Below, piece after piece: positions 59,255 through 64,000 of a stretch of DNA of 64,000 nt. Positions within the stretch are counted from its first letter, which is position 1; each line of letters begins with the position of its first letter. Source of the stretch: Tetramitus jugosus (lineage: Eukaryota; Protista; Heterolobosea); contig OW569354.1 in the NCBI GenBank assembly GCA_937625935.1, forward strand, positions 372,001 through 436,000, given 5' to 3'. The notes beneath the pieces are model-generated. The model had not been told where the DNA came from, ran no database searches, and worked only from the letters and a program-made list of their open reading frames with translations. The translations under genes were made by a program, and so were the position numbers.

Positions 59255-59482
59255 ATTCGTTGGCAATCCCTTTTCATTCCTCCCACATACAATGTATTCC
59301 CACAACAATTCTCTGAATCCCCGATTTATCGGAGCGGAGTTTTATTTCACTGAACATTCAGTCAACTTGCCGACTTCACACGCAAACAATCAGCAAGGAC
59401 GTCCGCCCAACACACACAGCCTTCCATTTTTCATTTTTCTCCATCAACAGAAACACACCTCGCAGCAAATTTCACGTTTTGC

Positions 59483-60991
59483 ATGATCATCACTGTCAAC
59501 AACATGTTTCGCCAAATAGTATCCCACAGCAGACAACATCAACAACGATTCCTCAAGCCAACACAAAAGCTTCAACAACCACAACTGCAACAGCTGATCA
59601 ATCGTCGATCATTTGCAGTCAACACACCAACACAACAACAAGAGCAACAAACTGCTGCTACTACTACTCCTGCTGACCCATTCAGACAAGCATTCTTGCA
59701 ATGTCTCAATGCAAACAATGAGGGAAATTTGGTTGAATTTGTTCGACTTTATCATGACTTGAAGTCCAATTATGTGGATCGATTGACCATTCAACACTAC
59801 AATCAACTACTCGCCAGTTGTGCACCATCGAAACTAATGTTCAAATGGTTCAGACCATACAAGGACTATGTCGACATGTATCATGAAGCTGGTAAATTCA
59901 AGAGTGATGAGGTTTGTGTCTTTACCAGTTGTTTTTTTTTCATTTGATGGAGAAGCATTTTTTTTTATTCACACCAATTTTTTTTTGTGTGTCATGGCAC
60001 AAAAATCACATTTTATCATGCACCACAACCACAACAACAATAACAAATTCATATTTTGCAAACACAACAAACAAAATAACAATGCCTATAGAGAATGGAA
60101 GAAGCAAACAGAGTGTTGCGCGATATTGAAGAATCTCCATTGAACCTGAGACCTGACATTGTCACATACAACACCATGATGAAGGTTCAAATGAGTGGTG
60201 GCTACAACAATGTTGTCAAAGTATTTGACACATTTAATCAATTGCAAGCCGTTACCATGAGAAATCAAAAACAAGCAGACATTATATCGTACACTACACT
60301 GCTCAGAGCTTGCTCCCTGTTGGAACGAGTGGACATTGCCGAAGAAATTTACTCTTTTATTATACACTCCAAGGACGATTCATTGTTGAATGCTTCTCTG
60401 AGAACGGCAGAACAAGCACTCCAGGATCAATCACAAGTGCAACTCTCTTCCACTTCCAATCTGCCCATTCAATTCTTTAATACGATGCTCGACGTGTACG
60501 CTGAAGTTGCTTCACCTTATGCCGAAACTTTTTTCCGGCAATTGTTGAGTGTGAAGATGCCTGTTGATGCTGTCACGTTCAACACGTATGCCAAGAGTTG
60601 CATCTTTAGAGACGAGAGAATCAAATTGGTTGAAATTCCCGAATTGATGAGAGTAGAAGGTGTGTTGCAGAGAGGATTGTCCCAACCAGTGAGAGACGAG
60701 ATTCAATATGCCTACAATAAGCACACGGCACCACTCAAGTACAAGCACGAGAATCAACGAGAGAGATTTATCAAGCCAAAGACACCTTTGGACGCTGGTG
60801 AGCACAATGAGGACTTTTTCAAAGATTTGCGTGAGGTTCGTCCATGGGGTCGCTACGTTGATCTCAAGGACACAAAGTTCTTGAAATTGCTCGAATATAC
60901 CCAATTGCACAAGTTTACAGTGGATTATGATTTGATTGCTCAGACGACAAAGATTGAAGATCATCCAACTCACAACATGAGACCACAATAA
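59483..60991 (+). CDS. Pentatricopeptide-repeat protein, probably mitochondrial, 2 exons (intron 59912-60091)
   Basis: Arg-rich presequence (RRSFA) and PPR motifs PDIVTYNTMM, ADIISYTTLLRAC, FFNTMLDVY and DAVTFNT. The GTTTGT...TATAG intron joins SDE|RMEEA. Confidence 0.88.
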
Positions 60992-61355
60992 GTCTCCACA
61001 TTGGAAAACGACAACAAGCACAAAAGAGAGAGACAGATTGCAACATCTCTTGGGAGAAACGTGTTTTCCAGCCTACAAACAGACTGGTGAACACCACATC
61101 AACAACAACAACAATAAGAAATAAAAACACCGCATTCCTTTTCATCTCGTCCATGGCGTGTCTCAATCATGTCACGTGTATTGCGTCCATAAAGTTCAAC
61201 CTGCAAATGCCACCTTCAAACCGCCCAAGAAAAAAAGAATTGCAAGTTCAAAGATCAAAATTTCACTTGAATCCAAGAATAAAAAATTTTTATCAACAAC
61301 AAAAAAACAACAACACAACAACAACAACCAGACATAAAAGCAACAACAATAAAAA

Positions 61356-64000
61356 ATGGTATTTGTGGAAACAGAACAAATCACTCGTGTCCAATCCAAC
61401 ACGGATCACGTGAGAAACATGTGTATCATTGCTCATGTCGATCACGGTAAAACCACACTCTCCGATTTTCTCATTAGTTCCAATGGAATCATCTCTGAAA
61501 GTTTAGCAGGTCAAGTGAGATACATGGACAGCAGACCAGATGAACAAGAGAAGCTCATTACGATGAAATCAAGTTCTATTGCACTCTTGTACAATCATCC
61601 ACAACACAATGGTAAGTTGGTTTTATGGTGGTGATGATGGTGATGATGATGAAGATGATGTTTTTCAAGAAATATTTTATGTTGTGAGCTAACATGTGAA
61701 AAATTTTATTTTTTCGATTGAAAACAGAGCCATTTATTGTCAATTTGATTGATTCACCGGGTCATGTTGATTTTTCGTGCGAGGTCAGCACGGCAGCTCG
61801 TCTCACAGATGGTGCACTCGTTGTGGTGGATGCACTCGAAGGGGTCTGCACTCAGACAAGAACAGTGCTTCAACAAGCTTACAAGGAGAATATAAAGCCA
61901 TGTTTGGTGTTGAACAAGATTGATCGATTGATTACGGAGCAACAAATGACTCCATTGGAGTGCTATCATCAATTGAGAAGAATTTTGGAGCAAGTCAACG
62001 TGCTCATGTCTACTTTTACAACTGCGGAGTTATTCAGGAAACAGAATGAGCGGGAAAATCGGATGGCGGCAACGACGACAACGACGGGTGAGAATGAGCA
62101 GACGATTGTTTTGGAGTCTGATATTGACAGTGAGGATTTCTTCTCACCAAAAAAGGGAAATGTGGTGTTTACGAGTGCGGGAGATGGATGGGGATTTAGA
62201 ATCAATGATTTTGCACAGATTTTCCATAAAAAGTTGGGAATGAAGCAGGAGGTGCTGCAGCAGACACTGTGGGGCGAATATTATTTGGATAAGAAGACGA
62301 AGAAGATTAAGACGAAGCCAAAGAATTATGATGAAGATGTGCCCATGTTTGTCCAATTTATTTTGACCAATATTTTCAATGTGTATGACGCGATTGTCAT
62401 GAATCGAGACTCAGAGAGAATTACAAAGATTATTTTGGGTTTGGGACTGCAGGTACCAGTCAATCTGTTTAAGAAGCAGGACAAGAGAGCTCATGTCAGA
62501 GGAGTGCTCGGTCGATGGCTTCCATTGGCTGACTCTGTGTTGCAAATGGTTTGCGAGTGTCTTCCTAGCCCACAAACCGCTCAGAGAGAGCGTATTTTGA
62601 CTCTGGTGCCCGAATTGGAGGACATCAAGACAGATATCAAGAACAAGAGCAAGGATCAACAAGTTGTTGACTCGGATGTTCGTACAGAGATGCGTAATTT
62701 GCGAAGAAAACTGAAGAAGAATTTGCTTCGATGTGATCCTAGTGACAAGGCAGAAGTGATGGTGTTTGTGTCGAAAATGTTGGAGGTTGATACTCTTCCG
62801 AGTGCAACAATCAGTTCTTCGAGACAGGTGGACAAGATTCGAGTTTCCTCGCCGTTGACTCCAATCGATAGACAGGCGTTCGAAGAGGAGGAGGCGCGAC
62901 ATGATGGTGTCGATGAAACAGCAGAGGAAGAGACCGAAGCTGATGCAAGACAACATTTTGTTGGTTTCTGTCGTATCTTTAGTGGAACCATTCGATTAGG
63001 GCAAAAACTACATATTCTTGGTCCACAATACAATGCAACAAAGCCAGACAAGGATAGACACGAAATTGTGGTTGAGAGTTTGTTCTTAATTATGGGTCGT
63101 GGTCTAGAGCCTGTTTCTGAAGTGCCAGCAGGTAACATTTTTGGCATTGGAGGTGTGAGCAAGTATATTCTGAAGAGTGCAACGATTGCCAGCTCCCCAT
63201 ATGCACCTATTTTCAGTGCAATGTATTTCCAAGCTGCACCTATTATGAGATTTTCACTCGAACCACAAAATATGGCAGACATGAAGAAATTGGTCAAGGG
63301 ACTGAAGTTGTTGAATCAATCTGATCCTTCAGTTGAGGTGTATGTTCAAGAAACGGGCGAGCATGTGATTGTTACAGCAGGAGAGGTTCACGCAGAGCGA
63401 TGTCTGAGAGATTTGAATGATAAATTTGCCAAAATACCTATTCACGTGTCTCCACCATTAGTCAACTTCAAGGAGACTATCATTACGGAGACTGGCCAGA
63501 AAACCAAGATCATCACAGCTCAGACTGCGAATAGACAGTTAGCAATTAAGATCAAGGTTAGACCACTTCCAGAGAATATTTCTCGGTTCCTAGATGAGAA
63601 CAGAGAGCGTATCAAACGTTTCTTCAACACTGAGAACGATGAACTGGAAAACATTCTCTCCAGTTCCTCAAACACAGTGTTTGATGATCTCAAGATTGAG
63701 TTTGAAAAAGCAGGAAGCAAGTGGGCCAAGGAATTCCAGCATCTGTGGACACTTGGACCTAAGAGAGTTGGTCCTAACATTCTACTGAATCACATCAAGG
63801 GCTATTGTGACAGTGTGCACTTCAAGTCCTTGGTTAGTCGTATTGCTAGTCGAACAACGAGCTTGGAGGTGGAAGAATCATCCCAACCAATCGATGGCAA
63901 CAACTCTTCTGTGAAATCACCTTCTGATATCGAAAGTGCCGTGGTCGACGCGGAGATTCGCTCTCTACTAGATAAGTATGATTCCAACTTTATTGCTGGA
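61356..64000 (+). CDS. EFL1: Ribosome-maturation GTPase EFL1/Ria1 (EF-2-like), 2 exons (intron 61612-61727), 3' end truncated by window
   Basis: [60 protein letters not shown] and [11 protein letters not shown]. Exon 2 stays open to the window end and is absent from the ORF track. Confidence 0.95.

Noticed and set aside
62411-63297. 181-aa and 213-aa minus-strand ORFs
   Set aside because: Antisense to EFL1 exon 2, which is the true coding frame.

Overview
Gene-dense eukaryotic nuclear DNA with short intergenic spacers, sparse GT-AG introns of 63-180 nt and many CAA/AAC low-complexity tracts. The gene content (7TM-RGS, RWP-RK factor, several F-box proteins, cathepsin B, flagellar DRC3) suggests a free-living phagotrophic protist, probably a heterolobosean amoeboflagellate; this is an inference. 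I can support about 32 protein genes (including SPB1, SAC phosphatase, LPAAT, PP2A-C, CDC48, GH15, MATE, BCS1-like AAA, WDR33, WDR11, DRC3, a PPR protein and EFL1), one disrupted F-box/SPRY gene, and three RNA genes absent from the ORF track: U2 snRNA (12637-12843), a solitary 5S rRNA (30260-30378) and tRNA-Phe(GAA) (42987-43059). The most interesting signal is a pair of secreted precursors about 5 kb apart: an SH3b-GH19 endolysin-like enzyme and an 8-Cys defensin-like peptide. Their cargo domains are unrelated, but they share a similar Lys-rich pro-region and a similar upstream DNA motif, suggesting a modular antibacterial effector system. Also notable are a PSI-ectodomain/OSCA channel fusion, an F-box-ankyrin gene with a hidden first exon, a SAC phosphatase with an endocytic-motif insertion, a HAUS2 candidate and a PB1-EEP fusion. 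All family calls come from motif recognition by eye; no searches were run.
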